Origin: an uncultured Saprospiraceae bacterium
GTDB lineage: Bacteria > Bacteroidota > Bacteroidia > Chitinophagales > Saprospiraceae
NCBI GenBank assembly: GCA_964419545.1
Contig: CAYQQU010000029.1
Coordinates: 68-64,067 of the forward strand
Direction of reading: 5' to 3'
DNA length: 64,000 nt
Of the stretch, positions 18,350-27,109 are shown piece after piece (position 1 is the stretch's first letter; each line of letters begins with the position of its first letter). A program made the position numbers and the translations under genes. The notes beneath the pieces were generated by a model. The model did not search any database and had not been told where the DNA came from. It worked only from the letters and a program-made list of their open reading frames with translations.

Positions 18350-20875
18350 ATGCTCGATCGCCTGCTCAACCAGGAAGAAAAACCGGTTTACCGGGATATC
18401 GTCAAATGGATGTGGCGGCTTACCTTCGCCGGCATCGCGGCAGTAATCCTGCTGTTTATTTTCCTGTCGTTCACGGACCTGCCGTCCGTTTCCCAATTGG
18501 AAAATCCCAAAAGTTCGCTCGCTTCCCAGGTTTTCGCCGCCGACGGTAAGGTGCTGGGGCGCTATTATACCGAAAACCGGGTGCCGGTAGGGTATGACGA
18601 GCTTTCGCCGCACCTGATCAGCGCATTGATCGCCACGGAAGACGAGCGGTATTTCGAGCATAGCGGCATCGACTTCCCGGCGCTGGGCCGGGTGGCCGTG
18701 AAGACTGTATTGCTGGGACAACGCAGTTCCGGCGGCGCCAGCACCATCACCCAGCAGCTGGCCAAACTGTTGTTCACCGAACACCGCGCCACCTCCCTGA
18801 CCAAGCGCGTCTTCCAGAAACTCAAAGAATGGATCATCGCCGTACGGCTGGAGCGAAAGTATACCAAGGTGGAGATCATTGCTATGTACCTCAACAAGTT
18901 CGACTTCATCAACGGCGCGTACGGCATCAAAGCAGCTTCGGAGATCTATTTCGGCAAACCGCAGGACTCCCTGGCCGTACAGGAGGCGGCCATGCTGGTC
19001 GGCATGCTGAAAAACCCTTCGCTCTTCAACCCGCTGCGGCGCCAGGATACCGTCCTCCACCGCCGCATGGTCGTGCTCAAACAAATGGAGAAAAACGGCC
19101 TGCTTACCGCCGCCGAATACGATACACTGCGGCAGAAGCCACTGGGCATCAATTACACCCGACAAACGCATATCGACGGGCTGGCGCCGTACTTCCGCAT
19201 GGAACTGGCCAAAGAAGTGAAAAATATCCTGGCGCGGCCCGAAAACCATAAAACCGACGGCTCGGAATACGACATCTACCGGGACGGCCTCAAGATCTAC
19301 ACGACCATCGACAGCGATATTCAGCGTATCGCCGAACAGGAGATGACCAAACACATGGCCAAGGTGCAAAAAGTGTTCTGGCGCCGCTGGAAAAACCTGG
19401 ACCCCTGGACGTTTGAGACCGACTCCAAGTACGACATCCCGGTCGCCGTCCGGAAGGAAAAGTTCAATGATCTGCTTCGCGAATCCGACCGTTACCAGGC
19501 GATGCGGGAGAAATACCTGGACGGGGTGCTCCAAAAGATGAACAAAGAACTGCCGGGCTTTACCTTCCACCGCGACGATCGCGAAATCGACCGCATCGTC
19601 CGGGAACGACGCCAGGGGGGCGTGATCGACGATCTGGTGGCCCGGGAACGCATCAGCCGCACCCTGGCTGCCCAATACCGGCAGGTGATGCGCAGCGACC
19701 ATTTCCCGGAATTGCAGCAACAGTGGGACCTGCTCCAGGAAGCCGCCGAGCAGGCTTTCAAAACGCCGGTGAAGATGCGCGTTTTCGCCTATAACGATCA
19801 GATGGAGACGGATACTACAATGACCCCGCTCGACTCCATCAAGTACCACCTCATGTTTTTGCAAACCGGCAGCCTCGCCGTAGAGCCGGCTACCGGGCAC
19901 GTCAAAGCCTGGATCGGGGGGATCAACCACAAATACTTCCAGCTCGACCACGTGCGATCGGAACGGCAGGTGGGCTCCACTTTCAAACCCTTCGTTTACG
20001 CTACGGCCATTGCGCTGCAGGGTTTTTCGCCCTGTTTTCCCGTACTCGACGTCGAACAGGCCATCATGCCCGGCGACGGGAACTTCAGCCTCAACGAACC
20101 CTGGGTGCCGCGCAATGCCGACGGCGTATTCACGGGCGAGTCGTTCACCCTCAAAAAGGGCCTCGCCAAATCGAAGAATACCGTATCGGTTTATCTCATG
20201 AAACAACTCGGCGATACCGAACCGGTACGCGGTATCGTCGAGCAGATGGGCGTCCCCCGCAGTAAGGTGCCGCCGGCGCCGTCGATCTGCCTGGGCGCTA
20301 CCGACCTCACCGTGATGGATATGACGGGCGCCTACACCACCTTCGCAAATAACGGCATCTACAACCGCCCCATTTACCTGCTGCGCATCGAAGACCGCAA
20401 CGGACGGGTGATCTACGAAGAATTGCCGGAAGAACGGCAGGCGCTGCCGCCCAACGCCAACTACGTCATGGTCGAAATGCTGAGGTACGCCGGCGGCATG
20501 GGACGCCGGTTCAACAGCGACGCCGGCGGCAAAACGGGAACCACCAACGAATACGCCGACGGATGGTTCATGGGCATAACCCCCAACCTGGTGGTCGGCA
20601 CCTGGGTGGGCGGCGAATACCGCTGGATCCGGTTTCGGTCTTTGCTCTACGGACAAGGCGCCTACATGGCGAAGCCCTTTTTCATTTCGCTTATCCAGCG
20701 ACTGGAAAAAGAAAAGAACATCGACTACGATTCCCAGGATCGCTTTTACCGGCCGCCCGGCGACCTCGGGATCGAAATGGACTGCGGAGAATACCAGCGC
20801 CAGATGCTGCCGACAGAAGATGACGAATTTGAAGACGAGTTCGCCGAAGACATCTTCGGCGATGAATCGTATTAA
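18350..20875 (+). CDS. mrcA: Penicillin-binding protein 1A (bifunctional transglycosylase/transpeptidase)
   Basis: 841 aa with an N-terminal TM anchor. GT51 motifs ATEDERYFEHSGID and GASTITQQLAK are present, as are the transpeptidase motifs STFKP and KTGTT. Confidence 0.92.
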   Translation: MLDRLLNQEEKPVYRDIVKWMWRLTFAGIAAVILLFIFLSFTDLPSVSQLENPKSSLASQVFAADGKVLGRYYTENRVPVGYDELSPHLISALIATEDERYFEHSGIDFPALGRVAVKTVLLGQRSSGGASTITQQLAKLLFTEHRATSLTKRVFQKLKEWIIAVRLERKYTKVEIIAMYLNKFDFINGAYGIKAASEIYFGKPQDSLAVQEAAMLVGMLKNPSLFNPLRRQDTVLHRRMVVLKQMEKNGLLTAAEYDTLRQKPLGINYTRQTHIDGLAPYFRMELAKEVKNILARPENHKTDGSEYDIYRDGLKIYTTIDSDIQRIAEQEMTKHMAKVQKVFWRRWKNLDPWTFETDSKYDIPVAVRKEKFNDLLRESDRYQAMREKYLDGVLQKMNKELPGFTFHRDDREIDRIVRERRQGGVIDDLVARERISRTLAAQYRQVMRSDHFPELQQQWDLLQEAAEQAFKTPVKMRVFAYNDQMETDTTMTPLDSIKYHLMFLQTGSLAVEPATGHVKAWIGGINHKYFQLDHVRSERQVGSTFKPFVYATAIALQGFSPCFPVLDVEQAIMPGDGNFSLNEPWVPRNADGVFTGESFTLKKGLAKSKNTVSVYLMKQLGDTEPVRGIVEQMGVPRSKVPPAPSICLGATDLTVMDMTGAYTTFANNGIYNRPIYLLRIEDRNGRVIYEELPEERQALPPNANYVMVEMLRYAGGMGRRFNSDAGGKTGTTNEYADGWFMGITPNLVVGTWVGGEYRWIRFRSLLYGQGAYMAKPFFISLIQRLEKEKNIDYDSQDRFYRPPGDLGIEMDCGEYQRQMLPTEDDEFEDEFAEDIFGDESY

Positions 20876-20905
20876 TCACTCCTTGCAGGATCACCTTTCC
20901 GACCG

Positions 20906-21262
20906 ATGAAGCCCTTTCAGGCGAACCTGGTGAATGCATTGGTGCTCGTGGCCTGCGGGCTCTGGGACGCCTGGCAGCATTCCGAGTCTTCTTCTACGGC
21001 CCTCATACCCGTGGGGTTCGGCCTGCTCTTCGCTTTGTCGACGCCACCTTTGCGCAAAGAAAACCGCCTGGTTCTATACCTCCTCGCGATCCTCACTTTC
21101 TTATTGCTCATCGCGCTGCTAATGTCCTTATTGCGGGCCATACGCACGGGGCCGGCCCTCGAAATACTGCGCCAGGGGCTGATGCTGACGGGTTCGGGCT
21201 ACGCTTTTTTTGTCTTTGTACGCAAGGAAATGGCGACCCTGAGAAGCTCGGGAGAAACTTAG
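20906..21262 (+). CDS. Hypothetical membrane protein
   Basis: 118 aa with four hydrophobic segments, tightly packed after the PBP1A gene. Confidence 0.5.
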   Translation: MKPFQANLVNALVLVACGLWDAWQHSESSSTALIPVGFGLLFALSTPPLRKENRLVLYLLAILTFLLLIALLMSLLRAIRTGPALEILRQGLMLTGSGYAFFVFVRKEMATLRSSGET

Positions 21263-21299
21263 CAAACGTGCAAAGTTTTTCAAAACGGGCAAAACCGAC

Positions 21300-21307
21300 T
21301 ATTTTTG
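21300..21307 (+). promoter_or_regulatory. Candidate -7 promoter element (TAnnTTTG)
   Basis: TATTTTTG lies 24 nt upstream of the ATG at 21331. Confidence 0.3.
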
Positions 21308-21330
21308 CTCCCCGTAGGTATCTTGTACCA

Positions 21331-23343
21331 ATGAATATGAATAAACTACTCCTATTTTATCTGACCCTGGCGGTATTGTTGTATGCCGGCTGTATGCCGT
21401 ACGAGGAAGAGGTGATCACCGACATCCGCATTGATCTGGAAGACGAGACGTTCCGGCGCATTTATGATTTTCAGGACCGCCAGATCAGCGACAGCCTCTA
21501 TCTTTACCTTCGGGACAAGAATCCCACCTACCGCTACGCAGCGGCGCTCGCTTTCGCATCGACGAAAGACCCTGCCGGGCTGGACAGCCTCTTTCTGTTG
21601 CTGAGCGATAAAGTGGACGAGGTGCGCGCCGCCGCCGCCTACGCCATCGGCCAGATCGGTGATCCGCGGGCCGAACAGCCCCTGGTGGAGGCTTTCGACC
21701 AGCTGGATACGGCGGGCAATTTCCGCCGGGCCAACCGCGCGATCCTGGAAGCCATCGGCAAGTGCGGACCCGAAAACCGCCTCCGGCAGATCAGCAGCGT
21801 CACTACCTATCAGCCCCGCGATACGGCGCTGCTGGAGGGGCAATGCTGGAGCATCTACCGCTTTGCTTTGCGGGGGCTCGTCAGCCCCGAAGGCACCGAT
21901 CGCATGGTCGACCTCGCTACCGATGCGGAGATGCCTGCTTCGGTGCGCTTTATCGCGGCAAATTACCTTTACCGGGCAAAGAACCTAAACCTCGACAGCC
22001 TGGCCGGCAACCGCCTCGCCGCACGCGCCGGCATCGACGGGGACGCCCGCGTTCGCATGGCGCTCGCCATTGCATTGGGAAAGACAAAGACGAGAACCGC
22101 GCTGGATACCTTGCTGAAGATCATTAAACGCGATCAGGATTACCGGGTGCGGTGCAATGTATTGCGGGCGCTCGGCAATTTTAATTACGCCGACGTCCAG
22201 GAAGCCGTCCTGCCCAGCCTCCGCGATCCCAACTGGCACGTCGCTACCTGCGCCGCCCAGTACTTCACTGCTCACGGCATTCCGCCGGACGCAACCTTTT
22301 ACTGGCGCACCGCTAAAGATTCGCTGCCGCCCCTCGTGCAGGTGGAACTCTACCGGGCCGCCAACCGGCACCTGCCGGTATATCTCGCCGATTTTCGCAA
22401 CAGCATCAATACCGAACTGCGGCAGCGCTTCCGCCAGGCGCCTGCCGACGAAGAGCGAGCCGCTGCTCTCCTGGCTCTCGCGGAGTTCGGATGGAACCTG
22501 CGGTTTATTCAGCGAGAAGGCTACCCCGCGGAATCGGCATTGTTGCGCACAAGCAGCGTGACCGCCCTGAAAAGCATCAGCGACCGCCCCGACTTCGATC
22601 GCTTCTTCGGCCTGGGCGCCCGCCGGATGCGGGGCGAACTGGCCGCTTTCTTTCGGGAAGCGATCGAAAGCGGCGACGCCGGAATGGCCGCGGTCGCCGC
22701 CTCGGCCTTACGGCATCCCGAATACGATTACCAGACGCAGTTCGACAGCCTGGGCTTCCTGAGCGCAGCGCTCGAAAAACTGGAACTGCCGCGCCACCTG
22801 GAAACCTATAACGAAATTCAGGCGACCATCGCGTGGTTCGCCGGCAACCGCGACCCGCAACCTCGCCGTCCGGAGTACAACCATCCCATCGATTGGTCGG
22901 TGCTCGATCCGCAAGTGGTCGAGCCCACGGCTATCGTGCGCACCAACCGCGGCAACGTGCGCTTGAAATTATGGCCGAAGCTGGCCCCCGGCAGCGCGAT
23001 CAACTTTATCCGATTGGGGCGCTCCGGATATTACAACGGAAAAACCTTTCACCGCGTCGTACCCAATTTCGTAGTGCAGGGCGGTTGCCCGCGCGGCGAC
23101 GGCTACGGAAGCCTCGATTACACCATCCGGTCGGAACTGCCGCCTTTGCATTACGACCGGGAAGGTCTGCTGGGCATGGCTTCCGCGGGGAACCATACCG
23201 AAAGCGTGCAGTTCTTTATTACACATTCTCCGGCGCCCCATCTCGACGGAAATTATACTATTTTCGGGCGCGTCACCGAAGGCATGGACGTCGTGCACCG
23301 ATTGCAGCCGGGAGACGTGATCGAAAGCCTGATTATTCAATAA
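21331..23343 (+). CDS. HEAT-repeat lipoprotein fused to a cyclophilin-type peptidyl-prolyl isomerase
   Basis: The start at ATG 21331 gives the lipobox MNMNKLLLFYLTLAVLLYAGC. HEAT-like repeats are visible (VR.AAA.ALG.IGD). The C-terminal cyclophilin blocks are FHRVVPNFVVQGG.P.GDG.G, ...MA.AG..T...QFFIT and GRV.EGMDVV. Confidence 0.85.
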   Translation: MNMNKLLLFYLTLAVLLYAGCMPYEEEVITDIRIDLEDETFRRIYDFQDRQISDSLYLYLRDKNPTYRYAAALAFASTKDPAGLDSLFLLLSDKVDEVRAAAAYAIGQIGDPRAEQPLVEAFDQLDTAGNFRRANRAILEAIGKCGPENRLRQISSVTTYQPRDTALLEGQCWSIYRFALRGLVSPEGTDRMVDLATDAEMPASVRFIAANYLYRAKNLNLDSLAGNRLAARAGIDGDARVRMALAIALGKTKTRTALDTLLKIIKRDQDYRVRCNVLRALGNFNYADVQEAVLPSLRDPNWHVATCAAQYFTAHGIPPDATFYWRTAKDSLPPLVQVELYRAANRHLPVYLADFRNSINTELRQRFRQAPADEERAAALLALAEFGWNLRFIQREGYPAESALLRTSSVTALKSISDRPDFDRFFGLGARRMRGELAAFFREAIESGDAGMAAVAASALRHPEYDYQTQFDSLGFLSAALEKLELPRHLETYNEIQATIAWFAGNRDPQPRRPEYNHPIDWSVLDPQVVEPTAIVRTNRGNVRLKLWPKLAPGSAINFIRLGRSGYYNGKTFHRVVPNFVVQGGCPRGDGYGSLDYTIRSELPPLHYDREGLLGMASAGNHTESVQFFITHSPAPHLDGNYTIFGRVTEGMDVVHRLQPGDVIESLIIQ

Positions 23344-23415
23344 AACAGCCGAACGGCGGCCGGGGCAATACCGATATCGCCTTGCCGGCAGCCGGATAAA
23401 ACCACTATTACTCCG

Positions 23416-24522
23416 ATGAAAAGTACTCCGCTAACCGAAAAGCACCTCGCGCTGGGCGCACGGATGACCGAATTTGCCGGCTATAACATGCCCATAGCCT
23501 ATGGCGGCATCAAAGAAGAACATTTGCACGTGCGCCGCTCGGTAGGGGTATTTGATGTCTCGCATATGGGCGAATTCATTGTCCGCGGAAAAGAAGCGCT
23601 GGACCTGGTGCAGAAGGTAACCTCAAATAATGCCGCCCGGCTGGCTATCGGCGACGCTCAGTATTCCTGCCTGCCCAACGACCGGGGCGGCATCGTCGAC
23701 GATCTACTGGTATACCGCTTGCCGGAAGACCAATGCGCCGAAGGGGAACAGGCCTTCATGCTGGTGGTGAACGCCGCCAATATCGAAAAAGACTGGGCGT
23801 GGATCAGTGAACACAATACTTTCGACACAAAGCTGATCAACATTTCCGATCAGACGGCATTGCTGGCCGTGCAGGGCCCTAAAGCTACCGCTGCCCTGCA
23901 ACCGCTGACGGAGGTGGACCTTGCCGCCATGAAATTCTACACCTTTACCAAAGGCGCCTTCGCCGGCGTGGAAAACGTGCTGATCTCCGCTACCGGCTAC
24001 ACCGGCGCCGGCGGTTTTGAGCTTTACGTTGACAGCCGCCACGCCGCAGCCGTCTGGGACGCCGTCTTCGAATCCGGGCAGGCGTACGGCATTCAACCCG
24101 TCGGGCTCGGCGCCCGCGACACCCTCCGCCTGGAAATGGGCTATTGCCTGTACGGTAACGATATCACCGACGAAACTTCTCCGCTGGAAGCAGGGCTGGG
24201 ATGGATCACCAAAACGAAAAAAGGACCGTTCATCAGCCGCGAGATCTTCGTCCGGCAGCGCGAAGCAGGCGTGGAACGCCGGCTCGTCGGTTTTACGGTA
24301 AACGACCGCCGCGTGCCGCGCCAGGGATACGCCATCCAGGACGCCGAAGGGAACAACATCGGGGAGGTCACTTCCGGCACCCAATCGCCTTCCCTGGGCC
24401 ATCCCATCGGCATGGGCTACGTCAAAAAAGCATTTCGGGAACCCGGCACGGAGATCAAAATCCTGGCCGGCCGAAAGCTGATCGCCGCTACCGTGGCGAA
24501 GACGCCCTTCCTAGCGAAGTAA
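23416..24522 (+). CDS. gcvT: Glycine cleavage system aminomethyltransferase (T protein)
   Basis: 368 aa. Blocks T.L...H..LGA.M..FAG..MP..Y, VFDVSHMGE, TGYTG..GFE and LGARD.LRLE are present. Confidence 0.92.
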   Translation: MKSTPLTEKHLALGARMTEFAGYNMPIAYGGIKEEHLHVRRSVGVFDVSHMGEFIVRGKEALDLVQKVTSNNAARLAIGDAQYSCLPNDRGGIVDDLLVYRLPEDQCAEGEQAFMLVVNAANIEKDWAWISEHNTFDTKLINISDQTALLAVQGPKATAALQPLTEVDLAAMKFYTFTKGAFAGVENVLISATGYTGAGGFELYVDSRHAAAVWDAVFESGQAYGIQPVGLGARDTLRLEMGYCLYGNDITDETSPLEAGLGWITKTKKGPFISREIFVRQREAGVERRLVGFTVNDRRVPRQGYAIQDAEGNNIGEVTSGTQSPSLGHPIGMGYVKKAFREPGTEIKILAGRKLIAATVAKTPFLAK

Positions 24523-24701
24523 GCCCGCTGCCGGAAGTTAGTATGAAATTCCGCTGATGAAAATGCGGCGAGGACGGCGGAAGGTTAAACAAAAGCAGAT
24601 ATTTTTCATTTAGATACAGATAAATACTTTCAGTAAGTTTTGAAAGAAAAAGCCTGGTGTTGTTTCGGATACCTAAGGCGTCACCAAATGACAATTACAC
24701 C

Positions 24702-25202
24702 ATGACGGTTGTTGAAGGAAAAGATAAGTTCATCCAGTCTTGGGGAGCGCTGGGATCAAGCTGGGGCGTAAACCGTACGATGGCCCAGATTCACGCCTTG
24801 CTTTTGATCTCGCCCGAAGCCCTGAGCTCGGAAGACATAATGAAGGAGCTGAAGATCTCCCGGGGAAACGCCAATATGAATATCCGCGCCCTTATCGACT
24901 GGGGCCTGGTCTACAAAGAGCTGAAACCCGGGGAGCGAAAGGAGTATTTCGTGGCGGAAAAAGACATGTGGGAGGTCGTCAAGAACATCATCGTTCAGCG
25001 GAAAAAGAAAGAACTGGAACCTATGCTGAAAGTGCTGGATGAACTAGCCAGCGTAGAAGGCAATGACCACGAAACGCAGGAGTTCACCGAAGTGATCAAA
25101 GAGATCAAGCTTTTCTCCAATAAGGCGGATTCCACGCTCGATACCCTCATCAAGGCCGATTCCAACTGGTTTGTCGGCACTTTTATGAAAATGATCAAAT
25201 AG
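24702..25202 (+). CDS. GbsR/MarR-family winged-helix transcriptional regulator
   Basis: I start at ATG 24702 (MTVVEGKDKFIQSWGALGSSWGVNRTMAQIHALLL). The pattern matches GbsR-like (COG1510) regulators. Confidence 0.7.
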   Translation: MTVVEGKDKFIQSWGALGSSWGVNRTMAQIHALLLISPEALSSEDIMKELKISRGNANMNIRALIDWGLVYKELKPGERKEYFVAEKDMWEVVKNIIVQRKKKELEPMLKVLDELASVEGNDHETQEFTEVIKEIKLFSNKADSTLDTLIKADSNWFVGTFMKMIK

Positions 25203-25308
25203 CCTCTGCCCTGCCGTTCTGCTGCTACTAATAGCATAGCGGCTCGACGGCCATCAATGATCCGGATTCCAAAATCCCGAATACTTTCATACCGACACCC
25301 CTTACTTT

Positions 25309-27024
25309 TCAATACCTCCACGCCACGTCCACCTTCTTCCTCTCTCCCGTCTCGGTGATCAAGAAGGCGCCCATCTCCAGCGTTTCGCCGGCATAATCCT
25401 CGAAGTATTGCAGCCGAAGCGGATGCAGCCCTTTGGCCAGGGCCAGTCGCCCGGAGCGCAGGCGGGCGGAATGGGAGCCGCCGTTGTCGACTACCAGCTG
25501 TTCGTGGACGTACAGGCGGGAACCGTCGTCGGAGAGGGTGAAAAACTCATAGAGTCCGGTTTGCGGCACCGCAACGAATCCTTCGAAGACAAGCGCGTAG
25601 TGATCCGGCCGCCCGGCCAGCGGGGCGGGCGCCAGGGATTGGGTCGTGCCGGTATCTACCGGCGTCAGCGATGGAAAGTCGGGCAGCTTTGCGAACGCCC
25701 CTTCGTAGTAGCGATAACGCAGTCCGGGGCGGGTCGCCCGATCGGGTACGGCTTCCAGGGGCTGGGTGCGCGGATAAGTGCGGGATACTTCCCGGCCGCG
25801 GGCGTTGCCGGCTTCGTCGAAGAGCCTGGCTCTGAGCCTGGTCGTTGCTTTTAGTTCGATGGGCTCCGTATAGCGGGGAGCGGCGGCGCTGGGCCTGCTT
25901 CCATCCAGCGTATAATGCACTTGCAGGCGGGGATAGGTATGGGTGGCGCGTACCGTAAAGCGCTCGGTAAACTGGCTGGCGGGCGTCAAAGCCAGATGCA
26001 GGTTCAATTCATGCAGGTTGACGCGGTAAATAACTTCCGCCTGGCGGGTCGTCGCATCAAAGACCCGGAACAGCAGGTGCGGCAAATTGTGTTCCGTCGT
26101 GTCCCATTGAATATCGATCAGGGCGTAGCTGTGCAGCGACTCACATACCGTGGATACCCGGTAGGAATTGCGTTCGGGCGCTTCGATCTGATTGAGGCTG
26201 GCGAACTGCAATTCGACGGCGTCATAATCGAACGCGCCCGGCGCCCGGGCCACTTCGCCGTAGTGCTGGTCGCCGGTGAGCAGCACCACACCTTCGGCAT
26301 TGGTATGGCGGATGAGATCAAAGAGGCGCTGCCGGGCTTCGGGAAACAGCGCCCAGGTTTCTGACCCGGAGTCGGCGTCGAGCAGGATCTGGAAGCCGGA
26401 TACCAGCAGGCGGAGGTCGGCCGGCTTTCGGAGCGCCTCGGCCAGCCATTGCCATTGGGCCTCGCCGAGGACATCGCCGCCCGTGCCCGGCGCATCGCGG
26501 TTGTACCGGACGTCGAGCATGATCACCTGGAGCCTGTTGCCGCCAGCGTCAAAGAAGTGGTCGTAATAAATGCCGGGGCGTTCGGCGGGCACCGTTTCGT
26601 TCAGCTCCCAGAAGTCCAGGAACAGTTGTCTGCTTTCCGCCTTGAGCGGATATTCTTTGCCGGCGTTGTTTAAGCCGAAGTCGTGGTCGTCCCAGGTGGC
26701 CAGGAAAGGCGCTGCGGCCTTGAGCCGTTGAAAATAAGGCCGGGCGGCCAGCTTGTCGTAGCAGGCCTGAATGAAGCCGGGATCGTCTTCGGTGTCGGCG
26801 TACACATTGTCGCCGATCCAGAGGCAAAGGTCGGGCTCCGCTTCGAAGTAGGCCTGGAGCGCCGGCGCCGGTTCGTCCTGCCGGTGGCAGGCCATCACGG
26901 CGATACGCGAACCTGCTCTTTGAGCGACGACGGCCGGCAAAGCGAAAAACCATCCGGCGAAAAACAGCAGCATCAGCGCCGGGGTCCGGCGTTGAGGAAT
27001 AAAGAAGGCGCAAGGATTGGGCAT
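25309..27024 (-). CDS. PhoD-like metallophosphatase fused to a chitobiase-C-like domain and a PA14 domain
   Basis: 571 aa with a signal peptide. The metallophosphatase blocks are GDNVYAD, WDDHDFG.N and GDQH. Further on come YTLDGS.PS and then a PA14-like segment, GLRYRYYEG.F..LPDF...G.YEF...SDDGS.LY....LVVDN. Confidence 0.8.
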   Translation of the reverse strand: MPNPCAFFIPQRRTPALMLLFFAGWFFALPAVVAQRAGSRIAVMACHRQDEPAPALQAYFEAEPDLCLWIGDNVYADTEDDPGFIQACYDKLAARPYFQRLKAAAPFLATWDDHDFGLNNAGKEYPLKAESRQLFLDFWELNETVPAERPGIYYDHFFDAGGNRLQVIMLDVRYNRDAPGTGGDVLGEAQWQWLAEALRKPADLRLLVSGFQILLDADSGSETWALFPEARQRLFDLIRHTNAEGVVLLTGDQHYGEVARAPGAFDYDAVELQFASLNQIEAPERNSYRVSTVCESLHSYALIDIQWDTTEHNLPHLLFRVFDATTRQAEVIYRVNLHELNLHLALTPASQFTERFTVRATHTYPRLQVHYTLDGSRPSAAAPRYTEPIELKATTRLRARLFDEAGNARGREVSRTYPRTQPLEAVPDRATRPGLRYRYYEGAFAKLPDFPSLTPVDTGTTQSLAPAPLAGRPDHYALVFEGFVAVPQTGLYEFFTLSDDGSRLYVHEQLVVDNGGSHSARLRSGRLALAKGLHPLRLQYFEDYAGETLEMGAFLITETGERKKVDVAWRY

Positions 27025-27109
27025 CGAACAGTGTTTTGTTCGAAAAATAAATCATTGCGCCCGTCCTCGTTTTGTCTGCGGCCGGTTATTTTAAAAAGTT
27101 AAAACTTGG

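Noticed and set aside
18326-20656. A 776-aa minus-strand ORF antisense to PBP1A. Similar long antisense ORFs are 3311-4342, 5940-6935, 9327-10739, 14211-15011, 16357-17439, 34028-35302, 35306-36175, 57648-58682 and 62332-63450.
   Set aside because: Each lies entirely inside a gene on the other strand that has unmistakable family motifs. Their translations are low-complexity and rich in Gly, Ala, Arg, Val, Asp and His, with no recognisable domains. This is the classic shadow-ORF effect of high GC3 coding DNA.
24545-24570. A CUGAUGA...GAAA string downstream of gcvT that resembles a hammerhead ribozyme core.
   Set aside because: The two core elements are adjacent, with no stem II between them. 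The sequence is simply the loop of a 4-bp hairpin (ccgc-tgatgaaaat-gcgg), and no stems I or III can be drawn.
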